From: Sulfurospirillaceae bacterium
GTDB taxonomy: Bacteria > Campylobacterota > Campylobacteria > Campylobacterales > Sulfurospirillaceae
Length of the DNA stretch: 64,000 bases
Reading direction: 5' to 3'
Assembly: GCA_033723415.1 (NCBI GenBank)
Contig: JAWVXD010000002.1
Span: 256,001 to 320,000, forward strand
Shown in pieces: positions 9,847 through 19,952 of the stretch; position 1 is the first letter of the stretch, and each line of letters opens with the position of its first letter. Under the pieces are notes generated by a model that was not told where the DNA came from, did not search any database, and saw only the letters and a program-made list of their open reading frames with translations. A program made the position numbers and the translations under genes.

Positions 9847-10713
9847 ATGAGCCTAGATTATCTTGCAATAGTGTTAGCATCTTCGCTTTCCAACGTATCT
9901 ATTTTAATAATATCAACCATTGGGTTAGCTATTATTTTTGGTTTAATGGGTGTTATAAATCTAGCACATGGAGAATTTATTATGTTTGGTGCTTATTCTG
10001 CATTAGTAATTACTAAGACAGGTGTACCATTTCCAATCGCCGTTTTACTAGCAACTTTATTAACAGCTCTATTTGGTGCAATTGTTGAAAAGCTGATTAT
10101 CAGTAGGCTTTACGGGAGGATTCTCGACACCATGCTTGCGACCTGGGGTCTTAGTATGGTCATGTATGAAGCAGCGATATTGATCTTTGGAACCGTAACT
10201 CCAGGCATCGGACTTCCTCAAAGTACCTTATCTATAGGAAGCTATAGTATATCAACTTATTTATTGATGATGATTCCTACAGCTATCATCTTGATGTTCG
10301 GGGCTTATTATTTACTAACAAAAACTAAATACGGAGTGATGTCAAGAGCTAGTATTGCTGATTCAGCGACTTCATCAGCTATGGGCATAGAAACAAAAAG
10401 ACTGAATACTATAACATTCACACTGGGATCTGGGTTAGCCGGATTTGCGGGAGCAGTATTGCTTCCTATCGTTTCAGCCACTCCGAATATGGGTTTGGCT
10501 TTTGTTGTTAAATCATTTTTAATAGTGGTCGTTGCAGGTCCTCTGGCTCTCAGTGGAACTGCTGCAACAGCATTGTCTCTTGGTATGGTTTCAAATACCG
10601 TATCGAGTTTCTACAGTTCTGTTATCGGAGATATAATATTTTTCACAATTACAGTTATATTGCTCCGTTTTTTCCCTCTTGGGATCTCAAACAAATGGAA
10701 GTTTAAGCTATGA
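9847..10713 (+). CDS. ABC transporter permease (UrtB/LivH family)
   Basis: GLAIIFGLMGVINLAHGEFIMFGAY, DTMLATWGLS; multiple TM helices. Confidence 0.92.
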   Translation: MSLDYLAIVLASSLSNVSILIISTIGLAIIFGLMGVINLAHGEFIMFGAYSALVITKTGVPFPIAVLLATLLTALFGAIVEKLIISRLYGRILDTMLATWGLSMVMYEAAILIFGTVTPGIGLPQSTLSIGSYSISTYLLMMIPTAIILMFGAYYLLTKTKYGVMSRASIADSATSSAMGIETKRLNTITFTLGSGLAGFAGAVLLPIVSATPNMGLAFVVKSFLIVVVAGPLALSGTAATALSLGMVSNTVSSFYSSVIGDIIFFTITVILLRFFPLGISNKWKFKL

Positions 10714-12479
10714 AATTTCTTATACAAAATAAAAATATCTTAATCAGCTCAGTATTTGCTCTTATCGGTATTATGTTGGCTTTAGGTGCAGAACCTTACT
10801 TCCTTTATGTAGCCACTTCTTGGTTGATCTTTGGTATCTTAGGATTAAGTCTTGATTTGGTCTGGGGGAAAGCCGGTATACTCAGTCTTGGGCAAACTAT
10901 TTTTTATGGGCTTGGCGGTTACGGCGGTGCAATTGTCGCTATTAATTTCTCATCTGTTTTTGGCAATACTCTGTTATTGGCAATACCTGCAGGGATACTT
11001 ATAGGCGCTTTGTTATCCGGCATTATTGGTGCTATTATGTTTTATGGTCGCATGGGGCAATTGCAAGTAACCATATTGACCTACACCTTAACGCTTATCG
11101 TTTGGACTTTTAGTGTTTCTTTTTCATATAAAATCGGAGATGCCGTCATAGGTGGAGATAACGGCATGTCAAATATTCCGGAAATGATCTTATCTTTTGG
11201 CAAAGAGGCGGCAGGATTAAATGAACACGAAATGTTTTTTAGCGTTCTTGTCATAGCTATTGCTTCTTTGGCATTTTGTCAATATCTTATGAAAACCCCT
11301 TTTGGTAAAGTTATAGAATGTATCCGTCTGGATATTCAAAAAACTGAACTGTTAGGCTACAATGTAAGAAAATATCAAACGATAATCTTTACAATAGCAG
11401 GTGCACTATCCGGATTGGCCGGTGCTTTATTTGCCCTATGGGGAAATTATCTTAATCCAAATATTTTTTCAGTCAACGAAGCTCTTTTAGTTCCGATATA
11501 TGTTCTCGTTGGAGGCATTGGAAGTCTCATAGGACCTTTTTTAGGAGCTATAGGTGTCGGTGCATTATCATTTTATCTTGGAGGATTTGAAGGTGGACAA
11601 GCCACTTTAGTCATCGGCGTTATTTTGATACTAATGGTACTGTTTTTTGATAAAGGCTTGACAGGCATAGTAGGTAATATTCTTAGATTTATTAGCAAAG
11701 CAGAAGAGAATAAAGAAAAACCTTTAAGTATAGATGTCGGAGCATATGAAGATTTTGCAAAAACACCTCCAAAGATACTCAAAACTGAAAACGCATACAA
11801 ATCTTTCGGTGGGGTCGTTCCTGTCAATGATATCAGTTTAGAATTTGGCAGCGGTAAAGTTTCTTGTATCATAGGACCCAATGGTGCAGGTAAAAGCTCT
11901 TACCTTCGTGTTTGTGCCGGTGTTTATGATGCTGAAAAAGGCAATGTCTATCTTGGTGATCACAACGTAACACATTGGCAATTGGCTAGGCGTGTTCACG
12001 AGGGACTCGGTATAAAAATGCAAAAACCTCAGGTATTCACAACTTTCAGCATTAGAGAAAATATTTGGATAGCTGCTTATAGCCGTTGTCAATCCAAAAA
12101 TAGCGCAGATCAAATCACAGACAATATGCTAAAAATTCTCGGTGGAAAAGAGCAAGGTGAGAAAATGGTCAGCACCCTCTCACATGGCGAGCAACAATGG
12201 TTGGATATCGTCATGGTACTTAGTCTTTCGCCATCTGTTATACTTTTTGATGAGCCGGCTGCGGGTATGACAAAGGATGAGCGAAAAGAACTATCCGGTT
12301 TAATCGTTAAATTATCAAAATATAAAACTATCATTCTTGTGGAACATGACATGGATTTTGTCAAAAGCTTAGATCCAAATGTAACCGTACTACACCAAGG
12401 TAAGGTATTTGCAAGCGGAAGTATAGAAGAGATGCACAAAGATGAAAGAATTCTAGATATTTATCTGGGAAGGAAATAA
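10710..12479 (+). CDS. Fused ABC permease (UrtC/LivM) and ATP-binding protein (UrtD/LivG)
   Basis: N-terminal about 325 aa hydrophobic (LDLVWGKAGILSLGQ, GGDNG). C-terminal GPNGAGKS, LSHGEQQW, LFDEP, VEHD. Confidence 0.92.
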   Translation: MKFLIQNKNILISSVFALIGIMLALGAEPYFLYVATSWLIFGILGLSLDLVWGKAGILSLGQTIFYGLGGYGGAIVAINFSSVFGNTLLLAIPAGILIGALLSGIIGAIMFYGRMGQLQVTILTYTLTLIVWTFSVSFSYKIGDAVIGGDNGMSNIPEMILSFGKEAAGLNEHEMFFSVLVIAIASLAFCQYLMKTPFGKVIECIRLDIQKTELLGYNVRKYQTIIFTIAGALSGLAGALFALWGNYLNPNIFSVNEALLVPIYVLVGGIGSLIGPFLGAIGVGALSFYLGGFEGGQATLVIGVILILMVLFFDKGLTGIVGNILRFISKAEENKEKPLSIDVGAYEDFAKTPPKILKTENAYKSFGGVVPVNDISLEFGSGKVSCIIGPNGAGKSSYLRVCAGVYDAEKGNVYLGDHNVTHWQLARRVHEGLGIKMQKPQVFTTFSIRENIWIAAYSRCQSKNSADQITDNMLKILGGKEQGEKMVSTLSHGEQQWLDIVMVLSLSPSVILFDEPAAGMTKDERKELSGLIVKLSKYKTIILVEHDMDFVKSLDPNVTVLHQGKVFASGSIEEMHKDERILDIYLGRK

Positions 12480-12480
12480 T

Positions 12481-13179
12481 ATGCTGGAGATTAAAAATGG
12501 AAGTGGCGGCTATGATAAAACCACTATTATTAGAGATATCAACATAAACATACAAGAAGGTGAAAAAGTTGCATTGCTCGGCCGTAACGGAGTAGGAAAA
12601 ACTACTCTGTTAAAGTTTATAATGCAACAGCTCAACTTATATAGCGGAGATGTTATTATGTGTGGAGAAAAACTTGGCAAAAGTCTTACTTCAAGAGCAA
12701 AACACGGAATTGGTTATGTTCCTCAAGGACGATTCGTTTTCGAGAGACTCTCCGTGCGAGAAAATATCGCCGCTGTTGCATATGCTAACAAATATGACGC
12801 CGATGAAGCGATCGAATCAGCATTGTCAATCTTTCCTATCCTAAAAGAACACCTTATGCGCGATGCAGGCTCTCTAAGCGGCGGTCAACAACAAATAGTT
12901 GCAATTGCCAGAGCCTTGGCGATGAAACCGAAGATACTGTTGCTTGATGAACCAAGTGAAGGGATACAACCTTCTATCATAGACGACATAGCGGTGGCAC
13001 TTAATTCATTAAATAAAAATATGGGCATGGCGTTGATCATAGCAGAGCAAAACTTTGATTTTTGTATGTCAATCGCTGAGCGAGCACTTATCATGGATAG
13101 AGGAACGATAATGAAAAAAGCAACGAAAGAAGAGTTGCATACCGACGATCAATTGCTAAAAGAATTGCTCGCAATATAA
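12481..13179 (+). CDS. ABC transporter ATP-binding protein (UrtE/LivF family)
   Basis: GRNGVGKT, YVPQGR, LSGGQQQ, LLDEPSEGIQPSII. Confidence 0.93.
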   Translation: MLEIKNGSGGYDKTTIIRDININIQEGEKVALLGRNGVGKTTLLKFIMQQLNLYSGDVIMCGEKLGKSLTSRAKHGIGYVPQGRFVFERLSVRENIAAVAYANKYDADEAIESALSIFPILKEHLMRDAGSLSGGQQQIVAIARALAMKPKILLLDEPSEGIQPSIIDDIAVALNSLNKNMGMALIIAEQNFDFCMSIAERALIMDRGTIMKKATKEELHTDDQLLKELLAI

Positions 13180-13191
13180 AAGGTGTCAAAT

Positions 13192-13368
13192 ATGTGGAAT
13201 ATAGAAAATATGAAAATTTTTAGGGCTGCCCAAAACTTAGAAGAACTGAACCAAAAAGATTTAGAAGATATAGTAGATGTTCTCAATGACATGAAAAAAG
13301 ACACCGATAAGATACAAGCTTTAGAGATCGAGCCTTTCTTCGAATTTTCACCAACAGCAGAAGGATAG
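13192..13368 (+). CDS. Small acidic protein, putative AtzG/GatC-like amidase accessory subunit
   Basis: 58 aa, AAGGTG SD before the ATG at 13192, helical and acidic, C-terminal EPFFEF. Ends 3 bp before the amidase start. Confidence 0.55.
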   Translation: MWNIENMKIFRAAQNLEELNQKDLEDIVDVLNDMKKDTDKIQALEIEPFFEFSPTAEG

Positions 13369-13371
13369 TAA

Positions 13372-14760
13372 ATGGATCAAATTTGTGAATATTCACTAGA
13401 TGAACTTATAAAAGGTATAGCAAACAGAGACTTCAGTTGCACTGATGTTATGAGGGCTTATTTAAAAAACATCTCCGAGCATAATGAAAAAATCAATGCA
13501 ATAGCTTACATTGATACGAAGCAGTGCTTAGACGAGGCTAAAAAAGCAGATGAGCGTTTGTCAAAAGACCAATACGACGGTATCTTACATGGCATACCTA
13601 TAGGGGTCAAAGATAACTATAAAACTACGGATTATCCGACTACGGCTTGTTCCAATGTTTTCAAAGAACCTAAAAAAGATGAAGAAGACGCTACTGTTAT
13701 CAAAAGATTAAAGCAAAACGGTGCTATTGTCATGGCAAAGACTAATATGCACGAATGGGCCTATGGTGCGACCAATGAAATATCAAAGATCGGAAGTACA
13801 AAGAATCCATGGAATCAAGAATACATCACCGGTGGCTCAAGCGGTGGTTCTGGAGCTGGATTAGCCGCTTCAATGTTTCCTTGTGCTCTAGGCAGCGATA
13901 CGGGAGGCTCTGTGCGAATTCCGGCTGCTGGATGTGGTGTCTCAGGATTAAAACCGACCTATGGATTACTAAGTAAAGATGGTGTTTATCCACTTTCTTT
14001 TAGCTTAGACGTAGTCGGACCTATGGCAAAAAGTGCAAAAGATCTAGAGATTTTGTTTAAAACTATGCTTGAAGATGACAAACTTGATGAAATTGAACAG
14101 TATGAGAGCTTAACTTCTCTAGAAGGACTAAAGTTTGGTGTACCTGTAGGAATAAATTTTGAAAGAAATCCGGATGTAGATAAAGTATTTAAAGAAGCGA
14201 TAAATAAATTCAAAAGCCTTGGTGCAATTATAGAAGAAGTTGAGGTCCCGTTAATGGAACAAGGGCTTGGAGCTTGGAAAGCGATCTTATACGCAGAAGC
14301 TACGGCTTATCATCAAAATAATTTAAAACTTCACAAAGAAGGCTTTTCAGACGGTACAAGGATTATGCTTGAGAGCGGAGAGGGAGTTACTGCGGTTGAG
14401 TATCTTAAAGCTTGGCAATTTCGCGATTTGTTTATAAAAAAAGTCAATGAACATTTTAAAAGATATGATGCACTTTTATTCACGACACTTCCTGTTACTC
14501 CACCCAAAATAGGGGCAGGAGTAGTCAAGCTTATTGATAAAATGATCAGTTCTCAAGATTCTATGACATATTTAGCTTGGTTTGCCAATTATATGGGTTC
14601 TCCTCAAGTTTCTATCCCTTGCGGTTTTGGAGACAATAATTTGCCTGTAGGTTTGGCCGTTATGTCAAAAGCGATGGATGATTTCAAACTTTTACAGATA
14701 AGTAAGTGCTACCAAAAAGAGACTGATTTTCACAAAATGTATCCGAAGTTTATAAAATAA
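13372..14760 (+). CDS. Amidase signature (AS) family amidase
   Basis: Ser-cisSer-Lys triad motifs HGIPIGVKD, GGSSGGS and GSDTGGSVRIPA. Confidence 0.93.
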   Translation: MDQICEYSLDELIKGIANRDFSCTDVMRAYLKNISEHNEKINAIAYIDTKQCLDEAKKADERLSKDQYDGILHGIPIGVKDNYKTTDYPTTACSNVFKEPKKDEEDATVIKRLKQNGAIVMAKTNMHEWAYGATNEISKIGSTKNPWNQEYITGGSSGGSGAGLAASMFPCALGSDTGGSVRIPAAGCGVSGLKPTYGLLSKDGVYPLSFSLDVVGPMAKSAKDLEILFKTMLEDDKLDEIEQYESLTSLEGLKFGVPVGINFERNPDVDKVFKEAINKFKSLGAIIEEVEVPLMEQGLGAWKAILYAEATAYHQNNLKLHKEGFSDGTRIMLESGEGVTAVEYLKAWQFRDLFIKKVNEHFKRYDALLFTTLPVTPPKIGAGVVKLIDKMISSQDSMTYLAWFANYMGSPQVSIPCGFGDNNLPVGLAVMSKAMDDFKLLQISKCYQKETDFHKMYPKFIK

Positions 14761-14765
14761 AGAGA

Positions 14766-14841
14766 TGGTGGCCACGAGAGGACTTGAACCTCCGACCACT
14801 ACCATGTCAAGGTAGTGCTCTACCAGCTGAGCTACGCGACC
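14766..14841 (-). tRNA. tRNA-Val(GAC)
   Basis: Reverse complement GGTCGCGTAGCTCAGCTGGTAGAGC...CTACC-TTGACAT-GGTAG...GGTTCAAGTCC...GGCCACCA; CCA encoded. Confidence 0.97.
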
Positions 14842-14893
14842 AAATATAAGATGGTTATATTACATAAAAATGGCATAAAATCTTCTTAAAGTA

Positions 14894-16165
14894 TTAGTAA
14901 ATTGAAGGTAAATATGTCGTCAAAAATGGGACAAACGTTATAAGCAGTAAATCTACGATCATGACTAGCAAAAATGGGACAATTGCTTTTGAGATATCGA
15001 ATATCTTACTCTTTGCAATTGTTCCGGAGACTATCAAACATATTCCAAGAGGCGGGGTAAGCATCCCTATGGCCAGATTAGTTACAATCATAACTCCATA
15101 AGTCAGAGGGTCCACACCCAAATTATTTAATAAAGGTGTTATGACGGGAACAAATAAGATCAAAGCTGCAGTAGTTTCGACAAACGTACCCATTATCAAC
15201 AAAAATAGATTTATAACAATAAGTAGAATATATTTGTCATGACTAATCAGCATAAATGATTTTGTTAACAACTCTTGTATATTATTCATCGAAAGATACC
15301 AAGAAAAAACAGTTGCTATGGATATAATTATCAAAATAATCGCACTCGTATTGATAGCATACACCGTTGATTTATAGACTTTCACCCAAGTAAGTTCTTT
15401 ATATATAAATTTACTTACGATAAAAGAATAAACAACTGCAACAGCTGCTGATTCAGTTGCTGTAAACAACCCTCCTAAAATTCCTCCCACTACGATAAAA
15501 GGAATCCCCAGGGCTAAAATAGCATCCTTGAATGCTGATTTAAATTTGGAAAAATCAAAATTTTTATTATCATGATCGATTTCTAGATTTCTTGTCTTGA
15601 ATATCACCAATAAAATAAGTGACAGTCCTATAATTGTACCAGGAATAATACCTGCCAAAAAAAGTTTCCCGACAGAAACATTGGCTATAAATGCAAAAAT
15701 GATCATAGGAATACTTGGAGGAATTATAACGCCTATAGAGCCGCCTGTCGCCACTATAGAGGCAGCAAAATTTTTGTCGTACCCTTTTTTCTTCATAGGA
15801 GGAATCAATACCGAACCCACCGCAGCAGTATCTGCAGCAGCTGAGCCTGAAACTCCGGCAAAAAGCATGCTTGAGAGTATTGAAGTGATAGCAAGCCCTC
15901 CCCTAAAGTGTCCAACTAAAGATTCAGAAAATTCGACCAATCTTTTTGACATGCCACCTTGATCCATAAAGCTTCCCGCAAGCATAAACAAAGGAACTGC
16001 CAAGAGGACATACGAATTAACTCCATCAAACATCTTTTGAGGAATCATGAAAAGCGGTAGATTCGATGTTAAAAAAGCGACTGTCGTAGATAAACCTATA
16101 GATATAAATATAGGGACAGACAACATAATAAGCGCTATAAGAAGCAATAAAAGAAGTAACATCAT
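14894..16165 (-). CDS. dctM: TRAP transporter large permease
   Basis: LLAVPLFMLAG, FAGVSGSAAAD, IIPPSIPMI, FTATESAA, TPPLG. Confidence 0.93.
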   Translation of the reverse strand: MMLLLLLLLIALIMLSVPIFISIGLSTTVAFLTSNLPLFMIPQKMFDGVNSYVLLAVPLFMLAGSFMDQGGMSKRLVEFSESLVGHFRGGLAITSILSSMLFAGVSGSAAADTAAVGSVLIPPMKKKGYDKNFAASIVATGGSIGVIIPPSIPMIIFAFIANVSVGKLFLAGIIPGTIIGLSLILLVIFKTRNLEIDHDNKNFDFSKFKSAFKDAILALGIPFIVVGGILGGLFTATESAAVAVVYSFIVSKFIYKELTWVKVYKSTVYAINTSAIILIIISIATVFSWYLSMNNIQELLTKSFMLISHDKYILLIVINLFLLIMGTFVETTAALILFVPVITPLLNNLGVDPLTYGVMIVTNLAIGMLTPPLGICLIVSGTIAKSKIFDISKAIVPFLLVMIVDLLLITFVPFLTTYLPSIY

Positions 16166-16647
16166 TTGTGTGTCAATTCTTTTAAAATATCATCCGTACA
16201 ATACAATATCCAAATCAAAGCAGAAATAGGAAGTGCAGCAAACGGATATGCAAAAGGGATCTCTAATGTTGCAGTTTTTTGGATGATAAAAAGAGGTAAA
16301 AGTTTAATCGAGCCAACTAGTACGACTACCCAAAAAAGTAAAAAAATGATTCCGATCAAAATTTCTATATTTTTCTTATTTTTATGTGATAGAGCACCTA
16401 AGATCATATCTATTCTAATATGGGCTTTATGTTTGTGTGCCATCGTAGCACCAAAAAAAACTATGTAAACAAGTATATATCTAGCAACCTCGTTTGACCA
16501 GTATATAGAGTCATTTAAAACATATCTATAAAATACACTTACACTTAAAAGCACCGATAGCAATATCATAAGAGATACGACAAACAGACTGATCTGTTTG
16601 TCTATGATATCATTTATAAGTGAGACAAATCTTGAGATTTTGAGCAT
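16162..16647 (-). CDS. dctQ: TRAP transporter small permease
   Basis: VFYRYV...WSNEVARY...HIRID; four TM helices. Confidence 0.9.
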   Translation of the reverse strand: MLKISRFVSLINDIIDKQISLFVVSLMILLSVLLSVSVFYRYVLNDSIYWSNEVARYILVYIVFFGATMAHKHKAHIRIDMILGALSHKNKKNIEILIGIIFLLFWVVVLVGSIKLLPLFIIQKTATLEIPFAYPFAALPISALIWILYCTDDILKELTHK

Positions 16648-16648
16648 T

Positions 16649-17608
16649 TTATTGTGCTAAGATCATATCCAAGTACTTTTTGGCATCACCTTTATATATT
16701 CTTTTTAACGGCTTGACCTTTTCTTTGAAAGACTGTAAGTCAGGATGTTCATCAACGATCATGCCATTTTTCTTTAGATCAGCCAGAAAGAAACTTGCTT
16801 TTTCACGATTGAGCTTCCTTTCATAAAGAGAGGCTTCTTTAGTGGCTTCAAAGAAAAGTTTTTGATATTTTTTCGGTAAACTGTCGTAAAATTGCTTGCT
16901 GCCGACAAAAACAAGAGCAGAATATACGTGTCTTGTAAGAGTTAGATATTTCTGTACTTCATACAATTTATACTGATCTATGACAGCCAGAGGATTTTCT
17001 TGACCGTCAATGACGTGTTGTGAGAGTTGTGTGTATATAGGCCAAGGCATCGGAGTCGGATTAGCTCCTATATCTTTCCAGATAGCTATATGTAGTTGTG
17101 AGTTCATGACTCTTATCTTCAACCCTTTTACGTCCTTTGCCGAGTGAATTGGTTTCTTTGAGTTCGTAATATTTCTAAATCCATTTTCTAAAAAATGATA
17201 ACCGATGAGATTCGCTGATTTAAAATTGTTCAGGATATCTTGTCCTATCTTACCGTCAAGAACTTTATCAGCTTTTGCATAACTGTCAAATATAAAAGGA
17301 AAACCGATCGCTTTGATAGATGGAACAAACTTATCTATAGGTCCTGCCGTGATGACTCCCATCTGAAGAGCATTTAGCTGCAACTGTTGCAAAATACTTG
17401 TTTCATTGCCCACAGAACTTGAATGATGAATATTTACAACTATCTCACCATGACTCTCTTTCTCAACTATTTGTTTAAATTTTACCGATGCTTTATAATG
17501 AAAAGAATTTGGTGTGGTCACGATCCCTAGATTTACAACATATTCTTTTGCAAACATAACAACAGGGAGTAGGCAAAATATTGCAATTTTCGATAAATTC
17601 TTTTTCAT
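16649..17608 (-). CDS. dctP: TRAP transporter substrate-binding protein
   Basis: Signal peptide, ENGFRNIT, KGLKIRV, DGQENP, YEVQKYLTLT.H. Confidence 0.93.
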   Translation of the reverse strand: MKKNLSKIAIFCLLPVVMFAKEYVVNLGIVTTPNSFHYKASVKFKQIVEKESHGEIVVNIHHSSSVGNETSILQQLQLNALQMGVITAGPIDKFVPSIKAIGFPFIFDSYAKADKVLDGKIGQDILNNFKSANLIGYHFLENGFRNITNSKKPIHSAKDVKGLKIRVMNSQLHIAIWKDIGANPTPMPWPIYTQLSQHVIDGQENPLAVIDQYKLYEVQKYLTLTRHVYSALVFVGSKQFYDSLPKKYQKLFFEATKEASLYERKLNREKASFFLADLKKNGMIVDEHPDLQSFKEKVKPLKRIYKGDAKKYLDMILAQ

Positions 17609-17657
17609 GATCTTCCTTTTTTATGTTTATTTTAGAGGCTCAATTCTACCATAAAAA

Positions 17658-18119
17658 TTATATTTTTTGGACCTTGCTGCGTTTTTTATCTATATACATG
17701 ATCAACAATATCAAGATGATGGCAAAGTCTATCATGACATCTGCAAAATTAAATACGGCAAAGTCAAACCACTTATGCCAAAACACGTAATCAACTACAC
17801 CAGAATGCGCAAATCTGTCATACAGATTACTGCTTCCTGCTCCATATATGATCCCTATAGGTAAGAAAAACTTGCGAAAAAACTCTTTTTCGTAAATCAA
17901 ATATAGACTTATACCTAAGAAAAGGGCAAGTTGAAAGTATTTTAGACTTTCTCCCAAAAAGGATAAAAGCGTAAAAGCGACACCTTTGTTATAAACCAAT
18001 ACCAATGAAAAATAATCTCCTTCCCATCTAAATCCGTTGATAAATATGGATTTTATGTATTGGTCAAGAGAAAAGATGACAAGAAAACCACAAAAAAATA
18101 TCAAAAATTTTTTAATCAT
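17658..18119 (-). CDS. lspA: Lipoprotein signal peptidase II
   Basis: [27 protein letters not shown]. Confidence 0.95.
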   Translation of the reverse strand: MIKKFLIFFCGFLVIFSLDQYIKSIFINGFRWEGDYFSLVLVYNKGVAFTLLSFLGESLKYFQLALFLGISLYLIYEKEFFRKFFLPIGIIYGAGSSNLYDRFAHSGVVDYVFWHKWFDFAVFNFADVMIDFAIILILLIMYIDKKRSKVQKI

Positions 18120-19455
18120 TTAATACTTTCGTTAAAAAGCAGTATAAATCTTCCATATGAGTTTCTAGCACCTGCTGATCTTGTCCTTCAAGTAGTATTC
18201 TTAGTAAATTCTCAGTCCCTGAATATCTAACTAATACCCTTATAGAATCATTTTCTATTTTTTCGATTATCTCATTATATCCGTTTATCTTCTCTAAAGG
18301 GATTTTCTCTGTTACTATTAGATTCTTCTGTAATTGAGGATAAAGTTTAAATGGATTAAAAAGCTCGCTTATAGGTTTTTTGTCTATCAAAAAACATGCC
18401 ATAACTGCCAAAGAAGATATAAGTGCATCCCCTGTTTTAACGTAATCTGAGAGTATGATATGTCCGCTTTGTTCTCCGCCGAAGTTCAACTCTTTTTGGC
18501 TTAATATCTCCAATACGTATTTGTCTCCAACATTTGATCTCACAAGAGATATACTATGATCCTTCAAATAATCTTCCAACGCTTTGTTGCTCATCACGGT
18601 AGCGCACATACAAGAATTTTTTAGTAACTTTTGTGAATGTAAATAAGTCGCAAGCTTACCAAGAAGTTTGTCTCCGTCTATTATATCTCCATTCTCATCT
18701 ACAACGACTAATCTATCTGCATCACCGTCAAAAGCAAAACCTATATCTGCTCTTAGTTTTCGTACTTCTTCGCCTAATATCTCAGGATGCATCGCCCCAC
18801 AATTTAGATTTATATTGCTTCCGTTTGGATTATTGTTTATGACAACAACATCCGCACCTAGTTCAGTAAATATAGTAGGTGCAACCTTATAAGCAGCACC
18901 GTTTGCAGTATCAAGCACTATTCTGATCCCGCGAAGTGTCAGATTTTTAGGGAAAGAGTTCTTTATATGAACTATATATCGCCCTATTACATCATCTACT
19001 CTTTTCGATCTTCCTATTTCAAACTCTGTTTTTTGATTCTCTTCTATAAGTGCTTCGTCATAATATATTTTCTCAATCTCTGCTTCTGCTTTTTCATCAA
19101 GTTTATTGCCATAAGAATCAAAGAATTTTATACCGTTATCAAAATAAGGATTGTGTGAAGCACTGATCATGATACCGGCATCACATCTCATATCTTCGGT
19201 TAAAAAAGAGATCGCAGGAGTAGGCATAGGACCGATTTGTCTTACATCATAACCAACTGCCGTTAATCCGGAAACTATAGCATTTTCTATCATATAACCG
19301 CTTCTTCTTGTATCTTTTCCTATTAAAAATTTATTTGTTACCGAGTTTTTTCTAAAATAAATACCGGCTGCCATAGCCAAACGCATAGCCATTTGTGCAT
19401 TTAGTTTTTTACCGGCTCTTCCTCTAACGCCATCCGTACCAAAAAGTTTCTTCAT
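18112..19455 (-). CDS. glmM: Phosphoglucosamine mutase
   Basis: [31 protein letters not shown]. Start placed at MKKLF. Confidence 0.97.
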   Translation of the reverse strand: MKKLFGTDGVRGRAGKKLNAQMAMRLAMAAGIYFRKNSVTNKFLIGKDTRRSGYMIENAIVSGLTAVGYDVRQIGPMPTPAISFLTEDMRCDAGIMISASHNPYFDNGIKFFDSYGNKLDEKAEAEIEKIYYDEALIEENQKTEFEIGRSKRVDDVIGRYIVHIKNSFPKNLTLRGIRIVLDTANGAAYKVAPTIFTELGADVVVINNNPNGSNINLNCGAMHPEILGEEVRKLRADIGFAFDGDADRLVVVDENGDIIDGDKLLGKLATYLHSQKLLKNSCMCATVMSNKALEDYLKDHSISLVRSNVGDKYVLEILSQKELNFGGEQSGHIILSDYVKTGDALISSLAVMACFLIDKKPISELFNPFKLYPQLQKNLIVTEKIPLEKINGYNEIIEKIENDSIRVLVRYSGTENLLRILLEGQDQQVLETHMEDLYCFLTKVLND

Positions 19456-19648
19456 AAATCGTCCTAAATTTTTATAAAATTGTATCACAAAATTGTCACT
19501 TTATAATAATATTGTTGCCAACACAGCAATTATATGCGTTTTTCAGAGATTTTAGTCACATTTTGCATAAAAATCTGCTTAAAATAAGTTAGCTTTAATT
19601 TTTGTTTGTGTATAATCTGTGCCTAAATTTTAAATGAAAGGCTAATAC

Positions 19649-19921
19649 ATGGCAGATCATAAGTCAGCGGAAAAGCGTATTAGACAAACTAAGAAGAGAA
19701 CAGAAAGAAATAGATTTTATAAAACTAGAATTAAAAATCTTACTAGAGCTCTTAGAGAAGCTGTTGAGGCTGGTGATAAAGAAGCAGCAGTCGTAGCATT
19801 GAAAAATGTAAACAAAAGCTTCCATTCTTATGCTTCAAAAGGTATTTTAAAACAAAATACAGTTGCACGACGCGTAAGCAGGTTATCTAAATTAGTTAAT
19901 ACGCTAAATAGTGCCGCTTAA
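19649..19921 (+). CDS. rpsT: 30S ribosomal protein S20
   Basis: [22 protein letters not shown]. Confidence 0.98.
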   Translation: MADHKSAEKRIRQTKKRTERNRFYKTRIKNLTRALREAVEAGDKEAAVVALKNVNKSFHSYASKGILKQNTVARRVSRLSKLVNTLNSAA

Positions 19922-19952
19922 ATTGCGGCCCTACTCTCTCACCAGGTTTTAA

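Noticed and set aside
13372..14760. Amidase as housekeeping GatA
   Set aside because: No gatB nearby, GatA-specific sequence features were not evident, and the context is a catabolic transporter operon.
6830..14841. Integrative element at tRNA-Val
   Set aside because: No integrase, and no duplicated tRNA 3' end was found by eye at the thrS-side boundary. Treated as accessory, not demonstrably mobile.
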